39,405 nucleotides of DNA from Spirochaetaceae bacterium (GTDB taxonomy: Bacteria; Spirochaetota; Spirochaetia; Treponematales; Breznakiellaceae): contig JAITJK010000003.1 in assembly GCA_031278935.1 (NCBI GenBank), forward strand, positions 1-39,405. The letters run 5' to 3'. Under the pieces are notes generated by a model, which worked only from the letters and a program-made list of their open reading frames with translations, was not told where the DNA came from and did not search any database. The position numbers were made by a program, and so were the translations under genes. This document shows, piece after piece, positions 17,482-26,434 of the stretch. Each line of letters starts with the position of its first letter. Position 1 is the first letter of the stretch.

Positions 17482-17925
17482 TTATCCAGGTACTAGGGCG
17501 AGGGGAAAGGGGAATAGGGACTGAGAAGAGGGATGAGGCGGTGATTCCCGGTAATGGGGTCTGACCCTACTCTCTAAATCCTTCGCATCAGGCGGCTCCC
17601 CCTCCAGTATCCTCGACCCATACCGATCTCCCCAGATATGCCCCTCCCGCCCCTCCGCCCAGTTGTACCGCTGGGCGAACATCTGCTTAAGTGACTTCAT
17701 AATAGCCGGAAGCTCCATCTCATCCGCAGGCTTGATATAGAACCTAAGCTCATCATCGGCAAGGTACAGCCCTCGTATCTGAAACACGAACCGCTTCTTC
17801 GTCTCCTGGAAGACCCCGGCAAACAGGGTCAAAGCCTTATGATGACGAAACAAGGGCTCTCGGTTATTGATATGGGTCCGGATTTCATACCACACCCCAG
17901 GTTGAAGCACACGCAATGGTCTCAT
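17482..17925 (-). CDS. IS200/RAYT-like Y1 transposase homologue, apparently lacking the HUH motif
   Basis: From the Met at 17925, MRPLRVLQPGVWYEIRTHINNREPLF...GLYLADDELRFYIKP...GHIWGDRYGSRIL aligns by eye to RAYT/IS200 TnpA (ARPLRIeyPGAwYHV.nRGN.r..IF...aYCLM.NHYHLL...GHLFQGRYKa.lv). The Tyr region is kept, but H-U-H is replaced by E-L-R. The C-terminal tail reads through a GGGGTCTGACCC repeat. Confidence 0.6.
   Translation of the reverse strand: MRPLRVLQPGVWYEIRTHINNREPLFRHHKALTLFAGVFQETKKRFVFQIRGLYLADDELRFYIKPADEMELPAIMKSLKQMFAQRYNWAEGREGHIWGDRYGSRILEGEPPDAKDLESRVRPHYRESPPHPSSQSLFPFPLALVPG
17556..17567. repeat. Copy of the GGGGTC(A/T)GACCC palindrome
   Basis: GGGGTCTGACCC lies inside the 3' tail of the RAYT-like ORF and encodes ..SRVRPH... 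Confidence 0.8.
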
Positions 17926-18047
17926 ACAGAATACTATGGCCCGGAGATGCGGTTTTGCTTTAATGAGACCACTATCTTGTGGAAATATCGAAATCCTGGA
18001 TAAAAAATTGCTGGACAAAGGCCCTTAAATCCTTCAATATAGAGATT

Positions 18048-18413
18048 ATGACCCAGTCGTTAGAAGATTATCTTGAAATGGTGAGTTTCCTGTCTGATGA
18101 GGGTGAGGTCCGGGTAACGGACATAGCAACGCGGCTGGGTGTTTCCAAGCCTTCGGTGTTGACTGCCCTTAAAGTGTTGGAAGAACAGGGACTTTTGGAG
18201 CATGAGCGGTACCGCAGGGTCATCTTGACCGAAAAAGGGATTATTCAAGCCTCGGAAATCCGAAGTCGCCATAATTTTCTCACTTCGTTTTTGCGGGATA
18301 TTATCGGCGTGAATCCAGAAATCGCGGAAAAAGACGCCTGTAAGATGGAACATCTCCTTTCAGAAGAAACCCTGCAAAAAATGAAAGTCTTTGCTCAGAA
18401 GAAAAAACACTAA
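18048..18413 (+). CDS. DtxR/MntR-family metal-dependent transcriptional regulator, short form without an SH3-like domain
   Basis: MTQSLEDYLEMV.. is followed by the HTH segment VTDIATRLGVSKPSVLTALKVLEEQGLL and a dimerisation helix. Start trimmed to the ATG at 18048. Confidence 0.8.
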   Translation: MTQSLEDYLEMVSFLSDEGEVRVTDIATRLGVSKPSVLTALKVLEEQGLLEHERYRRVILTEKGIIQASEIRSRHNFLTSFLRDIIGVNPEIAEKDACKMEHLLSEETLQKMKVFAQKKKH

Positions 18414-18419
18414 GACCCT

Positions 18420-19208
18420 ATGACCGGCTTGATCTCCAACTCGTCCTTTGAGGCCTACTACCAAGAACTCTACGGGGACCGCTGGAAGTCCTTACGAAAA
18501 AACCTGCTGGAAAAGCGTACCCCTATTGCCTTTACTCAGGGGATTCGCCTGCCCTATATGCTGGATCGAGGTTCCGTATTAGCTGCCCAATCCCTCCGAC
18601 TTCCCGATACGGGGCTTATCCTGGACGCCTGCGCGGCCCCTGGGGGTAAGAGTTTGGTCATAGCCGCATCTATGGGCCCGGAAGTCAGTCTTTTAGCCAA
18701 TGAGCCTTCCCGGGAACGACGCAGGCGGCTTCTTAAGGTCCTAGAGGACCATCTGAACACCGAAACACGCCGCCGCGTACAGGTTTCCGGGTTTGACGCC
18801 GCCCAATTAGGCGGAAATCACCGAGAGCGCAGCCGTTTTGCCGGAGTTCTTTTGGACGCACCCTGTTCCAGTGAACGGTACGTCCTCATGGACCCTAATG
18901 CGCTGGGGCAATGGACGCCCGCGAGGCCCCGATTTCTTGCCCGGCGTCAGTGGGCCCTGCTTTCTGCGGCCTTTCTCCTGCTCCGGCCCGGAGCTTCCCT
19001 GGTGTATGTTACCTGCGCTCTTTCTGAAGAAGAAAACGATGGGGTGGCTTCCCGGCTTCTAGCCAAGTACGGCCCGGAAGTCCTGCTGGACGAACCCTCC
19101 TTCCCGGAGGGAGAAAAAACCCCTTTAGGCAGGCTTATCCTCCCTGACACGTCCGATGGCATCGGTCCCCTCTACATAGCCCGCTTCACCCGTTCCCATG
19201 CCATGTAG
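18420..19208 (+). CDS. RsmB/NOP2/Sun-family RNA m5C methyltransferase (catalytic domain only)
   Basis: Contains ILDACAAPGGKSLVIA (SAM motif), VLLDAPCSSERYV and LVYVTCALSEEEND (two catalytic Cys motifs). Confidence 0.8.
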   Translation: MTGLISNSSFEAYYQELYGDRWKSLRKNLLEKRTPIAFTQGIRLPYMLDRGSVLAAQSLRLPDTGLILDACAAPGGKSLVIAASMGPEVSLLANEPSRERRRRLLKVLEDHLNTETRRRVQVSGFDAAQLGGNHRERSRFAGVLLDAPCSSERYVLMDPNALGQWTPARPRFLARRQWALLSAAFLLLRPGASLVYVTCALSEEENDGVASRLLAKYGPEVLLDEPSFPEGEKTPLGRLILPDTSDGIGPLYIARFTRSHAM

Positions 19209-19226
19209 GCGTATTGGGGACTGCGG
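19196..19226 (-). repeat. Minus-strand copy of the intergenic repeat at a convergent gene junction
   Basis: The reverse complement reads CCGCAGTCCCCAATACGCCTACATGGCATGG. It overlaps the methyltransferase stop and is part of the GCGTATT/AATACGC hairpin at 19209..19233. Confidence 0.75.
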
Positions 19227-19243
19227 AATACGCAATAGAGCCC

Positions 19244-19822
19244 TTAAACCCGCTGGCGGGTGGCCACCATGATTTCCGCCAGGAAAAACACCAGCAGGTG
19301 TACCGTGGGCAGCCAGAGGCCGAACAAGGCCGAGGCCGCTGCAGGCAGGGTGGAAGAAAAAACCAGAATGCCAAACCGATCCTGGTAGGAAAGGGGCGCA
19401 TCGGTCAGACGGGAGAGGCCCAGAAAAAAAGCCGCAGCCCCGTAAAAGACCAGCAGCAAGATCAGCACCAGGAAAAAAGTAAAGCCCAGCAGGGGCAGTA
19501 AAACCCGCCTGCCGTAGCCCCCGGCATAGAGGGCTGTATTAAAATCTTCGCGCCCCAGGTCCTCCGAGGTGGGCGTCAGCTCCGAAGGCAGCATCGCCTG
19601 AAATTGAGCGCCGTAAAGCCGGGAATATACATCCCAGGGCTCAAGCCGGGCCAGGGCAACCATGACCGGGAAGTTAAGCGCCAAGGTGATCACCAGTATG
19701 TGCACCGCCATAAGACCCGCGCCAACTTTCCGTACCAGGAGGATAACCCGGTGGGGCCTCCCGATACTCAAGGTGACGGCTTCAAAATAACACCGACCCT
19801 GGAGGGCGTGGGTCCTACTCAC
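19244..19822 (-). CDS. Small polytopic membrane protein, possibly DUF1189/MalA-like
   Basis: The 192-aa product has about four hydrophobic helices. Its GTG start overlaps the MalG-like stop by 8 nt, which suggests coupling to the sugar ABC operon. Family assignment is tentative. Confidence 0.4.
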   Translation of the reverse strand: MSRTHALQGRCYFEAVTLSIGRPHRVILLVRKVGAGLMAVHILVITLALNFPVMVALARLEPWDVYSRLYGAQFQAMLPSELTPTSEDLGREDFNTALYAGGYGRRVLLPLLGFTFFLVLILLLVFYGAAAFFLGLSRLTDAPLSYQDRFGILVFSSTLPAAASALFGLWLPTVHLLVFFLAEIMVATRQRV

Positions 19823-20651
19823 CTTTGTTGGCTCCGGCCATAAGTCCTTCCAGCAGGAACTTCTGGAAGCTCATGTACAAACAGGTAATGGGTACCGCTA
19901 CCAGCACCGAACCCGCACAAAAAAGGGTAATGTCGTTGCTGTTACCGGTGATCATATCAAAAAGACCAATGGCCAAAGTCCGCTTCTCGTTCTGGTTGAT
20001 CAGATATCGGGGTAGCATATAATCCATCCAGGGACCCATAAAAGAAGTAACCGAAATGAAAGTGATGATGGGCAAGGACAAGGGCAAAATAACCTTAAAG
20101 AAGAGCTGCACCTTGGACGCGCCATCGATATACGCTGCTTCGTCCAGGGAACGGGGTATGTTCAGCATATACCCCCGGACCAGCCAGATATTTTGGGGTA
20201 TGCCGCCGGCCACGTAGATGATCACCAGCATCATCAGGTTGTTCAACATCCCGAAGTTCAAGGCCACCATGTACAGTGCCGTAAGACCCATGAAACTGGG
20301 GAACAGTTGGAGGATCATCACGAACAGCAGCCCCATCTTACGGCCTTTGAACTTGAACCGGGCAAACACAAAGGCTGTGGTGGTATGCAACAGGATGGAA
20401 AACACCGTGGTAAGCACGGCCACCAGTAAGGTATTCAGATACCAGGATCCGTATTTGGTCTTGGTAAAAAGCGAGATATAGTTATCCAAGGTAATGCGCT
20501 CAGGGATGAGGGATCCCGTAATGCCGGTCCGGCTGTTCAACGAAGTGCCCAGCACCCACAGCAGGGGATAGATCACCATCACCGCCACCACAAGAATATC
20601 CAGATAGATCAGCGCTGTGCTGAGCGCTTTTTTCAGTTTATAGGCTTTCAT
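19815..20651 (-). CDS. Carbohydrate ABC transporter permease (MalG-like)
   Basis: The 278-aa product has six TM segments and the EAA loop SLDEAAYIDGASKVQLFFKVILP. Confidence 0.9.
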   Translation of the reverse strand: MKAYKLKKALSTALIYLDILVVAVMVIYPLLWVLGTSLNSRTGITGSLIPERITLDNYISLFTKTKYGSWYLNTLLVAVLTTVFSILLHTTTAFVFARFKFKGRKMGLLFVMILQLFPSFMGLTALYMVALNFGMLNNLMMLVIIYVAGGIPQNIWLVRGYMLNIPRSLDEAAYIDGASKVQLFFKVILPLSLPIITFISVTSFMGPWMDYMLPRYLINQNEKRTLAIGLFDMITGNSNDITLFCAGSVLVAVPITCLYMSFQKFLLEGLMAGANKGE

Positions 20652-20665
20652 ACGTTAAATCCTCC

Positions 20666-22009
20666 TTATGTTTCCTTGAACGCCCGGGTTCGCAGCAGGT
20701 TCCAGGTGGAAATGGACGCCACAATGATAAAGATTAAGATACTCAAAGCCGAAGCGAAGTTGTACATCCGTTGATCCAAGGTAAGCTTGAAAATCCAGGA
20801 GATGAGAATATCCGTGGAACCAGCTATCTGATACTGCGGATTTGCCGGGCCACCATCGGTCATAAAGTAGATCATGTTAAAGTTGTTAAAGTTAAAGGTC
20901 GCGCTCATCAAGATTTGTGGGGCCGTGGAAGCAATAATGTAAGGCAGGGTGATGGAGCGAAATTGCTGCCACGAGTTAGCCCCGTCAATCTGGGCGGCTT
21001 CGTACATTTCCTGGGGTACAGTAGTGATAACCCCGGTGATGAGAGCCATGAAATACGGAAAGCCCAACCAGACGTTCACCAAAAGCAGGCACACCTTTGC
21101 CCAGGTAGGATCCGAAAGAAAGGGAATGGCTTCCTTGATAAGCCCCGAAGCCAACAGCATTTGGTTAAAGGCTCCTTCTTTGTGGAACAGGGAACGGAAC
21201 ACCATCATGGACACAATGCCCGGTACGGCCCAGGGCAGGATGAATATCCCCCGCCACAGAGGGCGAAACTTCACCGCCTTGGCCCGGAGAATAATCGCCT
21301 GTAAAAGGCCGAAGGCGTAAGACGAGAAGGTAGAAAGGAAGGCCCACAGCACGGTCCAGGTAAAAACCCGGACAAAGGTATTCCCCCAAATGGGAATGCG
21401 GAAAATGTCCAGAAAGGTATTGAGCCCCGTCCATTGAATCAGTCGAACTGGGGGGATAAAGTTCGCGTTGTAATTGGTGAAGGCCACTAGGATCGCGAAG
21501 ATGATGGGTACAATGGAAATGAACAAGACCAGCAACATACCTGGTGCGATGGCAATGTATTCAAAGGCGCTGTCCCAGAGGTTAAGGAAATATTGGACGC
21601 TACTTAAGCGTGTTCCCTCCTCAAGGGCCCGACGGGTTTTGTAGGCGTCCATAATGTTCCACACCCACAAGGCGGCGAAGATCAGGAACACCATCAAGGT
21701 AATAATGCCCCCCAACATGAGCATCACCGAATGATCGTACACTGGCTGGCGGGAACTTTCCCGGGGCACTGCACCTAGGGTAATGAGCCCCCAAAGGCCG
21801 CGGACAAAATACCCGGCGTTGCGAAACCGGGACCCCGGCACCGAAGGGTCATAGGCCCCGCGGCGGGTAAGCACTTCGATAGCCACAAAAAGGACCTGTA
21901 TCATAAAAAACATAAGCCCTTTTAGTTTTTGTTTATTCATGCACTGCCCAGTGCCCCAAATAAAAACGGAACAAAGCGGTGGTAACATAGTCATAGGTAT
22001 AACCCCCAT
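20666..22009 (-). CDS. Carbohydrate ABC transporter permease (MalF-like, long N-terminus)
   Basis: The 447-aa polytopic product has the EAA loop EAAQIDGANSWQQFRSITLP. The start is uncertain. Confidence 0.9.
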   Translation of the reverse strand: MGVIPMTMLPPLCSVFIWGTGQCMNKQKLKGLMFFMIQVLFVAIEVLTRRGAYDPSVPGSRFRNAGYFVRGLWGLITLGAVPRESSRQPVYDHSVMLMLGGIITLMVFLIFAALWVWNIMDAYKTRRALEEGTRLSSVQYFLNLWDSAFEYIAIAPGMLLVLFISIVPIIFAILVAFTNYNANFIPPVRLIQWTGLNTFLDIFRIPIWGNTFVRVFTWTVLWAFLSTFSSYAFGLLQAIILRAKAVKFRPLWRGIFILPWAVPGIVSMMVFRSLFHKEGAFNQMLLASGLIKEAIPFLSDPTWAKVCLLLVNVWLGFPYFMALITGVITTVPQEMYEAAQIDGANSWQQFRSITLPYIIASTAPQILMSATFNFNNFNMIYFMTDGGPANPQYQIAGSTDILISWIFKLTLDQRMYNFASALSILIFIIVASISTWNLLRTRAFKET

Positions 22010-22187
22010 ATTTATAGAAAAAGATAGAAAACAACGGACTTGGCCAAACTCGGCGCGAGGGGCGGTCCTGGTATAAAGGCCGGATCAAGACCAAGCGCAG
22101 CACAACAATTCAGTACGGACTTGCCGTGTCTGGCTTACTTCACCCTTTGGATCGCAATGACAAGACGATCCTGTCAAAGGCGCCTCA

Positions 22188-22219
22188 CCCGGAGAAACCC
22201 CTAGGGCCTCCTCTCCGGG
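22188..22219 (-). other. Intercistronic stem-loop between the binding-protein and permease genes
   Basis: CCCGGAGA-16 nt-TCTCCGGG is a perfect 8-bp stem. It lies within the 228-nt gap, 19 nt downstream of the MalE-like stop. Confidence 0.5.
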
Positions 22220-22237
22220 TTGCGCTGCCATCGGGCC

Positions 22238-23497
22238 TTAGCGTTTTTTACCGGCCATTTGCAGGGCCGTGTCATAGGTGTCCATGGCCTTGGCCTGGGC
22301 TTCTGCGGTGGTAAGGGTTTTGTCCCAGGTAAAGGTGAAGAGATCTTTCAAACCGCCCCACATTTGGTTGGCCTCCGGGATAATGGGCATGAGATCTACA
22401 TAGGGCGATTGTTCCGCTATCCCCATGAGGTAGGGGTCTTCGCTGATAGTTCCCACAAGACTGGGGTCTTTCAGGGTGGTGAGTTTCCCGGTCTTGTTGA
22501 ACTGGATGGTCTGACCCTCGACGCTGGCTAGGAAATCCACAAAAGCAAAGGCGGCGTCGAAATTCTTGGCATAACTGGAGACCGCAGCGATAATGTTACC
22601 ACTGAAGCACCGGGGCTGGACGCCTTTTATGGTGGGTAGCTTGGTAACACCGAAGTTGACACCATTTTTCTTCGCATCCGCAATAGACCAGGGACCGGTA
22701 AAGGTAAACGGCACCTCGCCGTTTTGGAAGGCCACTACCGTGGCGTTCCCGTCCGCGTCGGCTACGTTCACGTTGTAAATGGCCCTGAGGCTCTGGTGAA
22801 ACTCCATGCCCTGAGCCACTTCCGGGCTATCGAACCCGGGATTGCGGTAATCATCCATGTTGGGGCCAAAGATATTCGCCCCGAAGGCGGTGAGGAAAAA
22901 GTAGTTCAGATAGGCATCGTCCACCTGCCAGCGGAGGGCCCATTTGTTCTGGGCGGGGTTGTTGTATTCCTGGGCAAAAGCGATAATTTCCTCAAAAGAA
23001 CGGGGAACCGGCTTGTCTCCCAGCAAGTCCTTATTATAGAAGAACGCGATGTTTTCCGTAGAAATGGGTACGGCGTACAAGGTGCCCTTAGCCGTACAGG
23101 TTTTGATCGAGGCCTCCAGCATGGTCTGAGCGTACTTCCCCTGCAATTCTGCGTCAAAGGGTTCGCACAGGCCGTCGGCTACCGCGAGGCCTATATGGTC
23201 ATGGGGCATGAGGAACACATCCGGGCCGATCCCGGCGGGTCCATCCAGGGAAACCTTACCCCGGGTATCCACGTTACCCACTTTTTGATAGGACACCGCA
23301 ACATCGGGGTATTTTTGCTTAAACGCCGCGATAACCGCTTCCGCCCACTCATCGTTGTCCATCCAAACGACTAATTCCGAGGATCCGCTGCCCCCGGAGC
23401 TGCGCGCTGCAGCATCGCCCCCGGACTGACTTTTGGAACAGGCCCCCAACAGAGCCACCAGGGCCATACTAAACCCCAAAAAACCGATCTTTTTCAT
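22238..23497 (-). CDS. Maltodextrin/oligosaccharide ABC solute-binding lipoprotein (MalE-like)
   Basis: Start trimmed to MKKIGFLGFSMALVALLGAC (lipobox), with GGAGGAG upstream. The family-1 SBP pattern is present (VVWMDNDEW...PDVFLMPHDHIG). Confidence 0.85.
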   Translation of the reverse strand: MKKIGFLGFSMALVALLGACSKSQSGGDAAARSSGGSGSSELVVWMDNDEWAEAVIAAFKQKYPDVAVSYQKVGNVDTRGKVSLDGPAGIGPDVFLMPHDHIGLAVADGLCEPFDAELQGKYAQTMLEASIKTCTAKGTLYAVPISTENIAFFYNKDLLGDKPVPRSFEEIIAFAQEYNNPAQNKWALRWQVDDAYLNYFFLTAFGANIFGPNMDDYRNPGFDSPEVAQGMEFHQSLRAIYNVNVADADGNATVVAFQNGEVPFTFTGPWSIADAKKNGVNFGVTKLPTIKGVQPRCFSGNIIAAVSSYAKNFDAAFAFVDFLASVEGQTIQFNKTGKLTTLKDPSLVGTISEDPYLMGIAEQSPYVDLMPIIPEANQMWGGLKDLFTFTWDKTLTTAEAQAKAMDTYDTALQMAGKKR

Positions 23498-23673
23498 ACT
23501 AACTCCTCCCGTAAACGGGTTTAAATTCCCTGACTGACGGTGTGGCAAGGGAACGAGTCGCCCCTCACCCTCAGCCACAGGGTATTTGGACAACCGCTAC
23601 GCGGTTGTTGACCCTTGTGTAAAGGTCGGATCAATGCCGACCGCAACGAAGCAATCCAGCGCTGGGTTTAAGG

Positions 23674-23730
23674 CCCCTATCCCTCACGACGCGGACCTCT
23701 AATACGCCTCCACGGCGGGGGGTAGGTAGG
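23674..23730 (+). repeat. Copy of the intergenic repeat overlapping the pullulanase stop
   Basis: The sequence is CCCCTATCCCTCACGACGCGGACCTCTAATACGCCTCCACGGCGGGGGGTAGGTAGG. On the minus strand it supplies the last ~10 codons (..AYLPPAVEAY*) of the pullulanase ORF. Confidence 0.8.
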
Positions 23731-26365
23731 CAACCGCCATACTGAGGGGCGGGAGGCGGAGCGTGCCGGCTACCGTACCCAAGCTGTCTACGCCGGCACG
23801 GGTGGCGTCTACCACCTGGGTCCAGACTCCATGAGGAAGCGTCAGGTCCCGGGCCACGGTGTCGCCGTTGTAAGCCACCAAAATCGTGCGCCACCCATCA
23901 CCGTTGGCATACTCACCTATGGTAAAGGCCACCAACTTGTCCGCCTGGCAGAGAAAGACGATCCGGTCCATGTCCGTCTTAGCATCCATACGGAACGCTG
24001 GGTGGGCCTTCCTAAGCCGGATAAGACCCGCATAATACCGCACCACTTCACGGTACGTGCCGGCGTTCTCCCAGCGTATCTGATTGATGCGGTCCGGCGC
24101 GTTGTAGCTGTTGTGGTTACCGAATTTACTGCGAAGCATCTCGTCCCCAGCCTGGAAAAAGGGCACCCCCTGGGCGGTGAGGATGATCCCATTGGAAAGC
24201 AGCACCGATTTCACCGGCTCATGGTCCAAAAGAGGCCGATCAGGTCGGATAAGACTGTAGGGATCCCCCGCAAGGTCAGCTGTTCCCCAGGAAAGGGCAA
24301 ATTTGTCCCACAGATTCAGGTTGTCATGGGCGGTAACGTAATTGACGCTTTCGCTGGCCCTTTCAGTGAAACTATCCACTGAACCGCAGACCCCTACAGC
24401 GATGCCCGCTTCCTGGTCGCTTTCTCCGGAGGCAAAGCCTTTGCTCCCATCATCACTGCCGCCTTTGATGGATGTGCGAAGACGGTCGTTGAAAATCGCG
24501 ATCCCTAAGCCCTTCTGAGCGCCCATGCTGGTCTGCTCCTTACCGGAAAGGATGGAACCCCCGGCTTCCCAGGGTTCGCCATAGATGATAATGGTGGGAT
24601 CCACCTGGCGCGCTGATTCCGCGACCTGCTTCATGGTTTCCCGGTCTATGAGGGCCATAAGATCAAAACGAAAGCCATCCACCCCATACTCCCGGGCCCA
24701 GTATTGCACCGAATCGACGATGTATTTCCGCACCATAGGCCGCTCGCTGGCCACTTCATTGCCGCAGCCCGACCCGTTTGATAACGTGCCCTGATCGCTT
24801 ATCCGATAAAAATACCCCGGCACGATGGCGTCAAAGGGCGTACCGCCGGTACTGGCCGTGTGGTTGTACACCACATCCATAATCACCCGAATCCCCGCGT
24901 CATGGAGGGCTTGCACCATTCTTTTGTATTCCTGAATCCGCACCGCAGGATCCCGAGGGTCCGTCGCGTAGGAACCTTCAGGTACGTTGTAGTTCAGCGG
25001 ATCGTAGCCCCAGTTCATCTTAGGGTCCGGAGAGGCAGGATCGTCCACCGTGAGCTCGTTCACCGAAGCTATGTCAAAGCTGGGAAGCAGATGCACGTGG
25101 GTAATGCCGAGGTTCACTAGGTGATCCACCCCTGTAGGAACCCCGGCGGCGTTTGTGGTTCCCCGCTCGGTAAAGGCCAAGAACTTCCCCTTATGGGTCA
25201 TACCGGAATGGGGGTCAATGGAAAAGTCCCGCAGGTGGAGCTCGTAAATCACCGCGTCCTGGGCCGCGCCGGAAAAGGCGGGCCGCGCTCCGGGGCGGAA
25301 GTTGGCCGGATTGGTCATGGCAAGGTCCACAATGGCGCTCCGCTGACCATTGGCGCTGACCGCCTTGGCGTAGGGATCGACGGCGTAGGTAAGCCGGCCA
25401 TCGGCAAATTCTAGGCGGTACATATAATACTTCCCCGCAAGGCCCCCCGCCACCGTAGCGGACCATACACCGGAAGTGGGGTCTTTACTCATGGCCTTAA
25501 GGGTATCGGTCTCGTGATCCGCAACCACGGCCCCGGAATAGACCCCGGCGTCGTCGTAGAGGGCGAGGTCAACCTTCCGCGCCGTAGGGGCCCAGACTTT
25601 GAAGGTACACCCCTGAGGGGTATAGGTGAGGCCCAAATCGTCTCCCCTATACACAAAGGAATCAAGAATCCTCCCCATGGCCACGGGATACTCGCCGAAG
25701 GCGCCGGACTCGTCCCGCACCAGTACAAGGGGCGAAGGATCTCTGAGAGGAGTGTCCAGGGTGATAAGTACCTGTCGAGCATTGCGGCCTTTTACCGCCT
25801 TGCCCGCCTGTTTTTGGCCATCCACATAGACTGAGAAGCTGCTGTGTTTTTTAGGGACTTTAAGCAGACTTACCAGTACCTGTACCGGGCTGTCCGCAAC
25901 GGCGTACTGGATGGGTACGGAACGGGTATCGGGTTTTTTCGTATAGATCACCGGATCCCCCTGGAGGATCCAGATTTCCCGCCCTTGGGTAAAACGGTCT
26001 TGGGCCGTATCTTTTTCCGCCCAATCGTTACCTTCCTCACTACGGCGGATAATGACGCCGAATTCGCTTATGGGGAGGGATTCAGGAATACGAGCGGTAA
26101 CAAAACCGCTGCGGTCTGGCCGGGAGAAAGGGTACCCTGCGCCGTCTCCATTGGGGTTTGAAGGCCAAACCCAGGCGTTCCAGCCTGTTTAATCCTGATC
26201 GTAACGATTGTAATGAACAATCAGGGCATACCCCCCCCCCCCCCCCCCGGTAATAGAATCAGCGCTTGAACAGGAATTGAAAGATACCAAAGATGCCGCA
26301 GCAGGGGCCGCAACCATAACGACCGCAAAACTTCTTAAGAGCCGGCTCATCCGGTTTTTGATCAT
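23699..26365 (-). pseudogene. pulA: Type-I pullulanase (GH13, CBM41/CBM48 N-terminus), a lipoprotein, interrupted by one in-frame TAA
   Basis: ORFs 26189..26422 and 23699..25951 are in the same frame, since 26191-25951 is divisible by 3. The joined product reads ..SFNSCSSADSITGGGGGGYALIVHYNRYDQD*TGWNAWVWPSNPNGDGAGYPF.., which is a typical pullulanase N-terminus with the stop where Tyr is expected. GH13 regions VIMDVVYNHT, DGFRFDLMA, YGEPWE and YVTAHDN are present. The start MIKNRMSRLL has AAGGTGGAG upstream. Confidence 0.8.
26231..26248. repeat. 18-nt C/G homopolymer inside the pullulanase 5' coding region
   Basis: Counted directly as 10 + 8 consecutive C on the plus strand. It encodes Gly6 just after the lipoprotein Cys region. 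Confidence 0.95.
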
Positions 26366-26408
26366 GGCACACTCCACCTTAAAAATCGGGGAACCCCGTC
26401 GTGTATTG

Positions 26409-26422
26409 GTGTTACGTAACAC
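26409..26422. promoter_or_regulatory. Perfect 14-nt palindrome GTGTTACGTAACAC, a candidate LacI/CcpA-type operator
   Basis: It lies between the predicted -10 and the RBS of pulA. The central CG and TG..CA ends follow the LacI-family operator pattern. Confidence 0.45.
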
Positions 26423-26434
26423 TAGTATTTAGAA

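Noticed and set aside
22724-23374. A 216-aa plus-strand ORF
   Set aside because: It is antisense to the MalE-like binding-protein gene and is a shadow ORF.
26189-26191. The in-frame TAA in pulA as programmed recoding or an alternative genetic code
   Set aside because: TAA, TAG and TGA all terminate well-supported genes elsewhere in the window, for example trxA (TAA), the HAD hydrolase (TAG) and argG (TGA). No recoding signals were seen. A nonsense mutation or a sequence error is more parsimonious.
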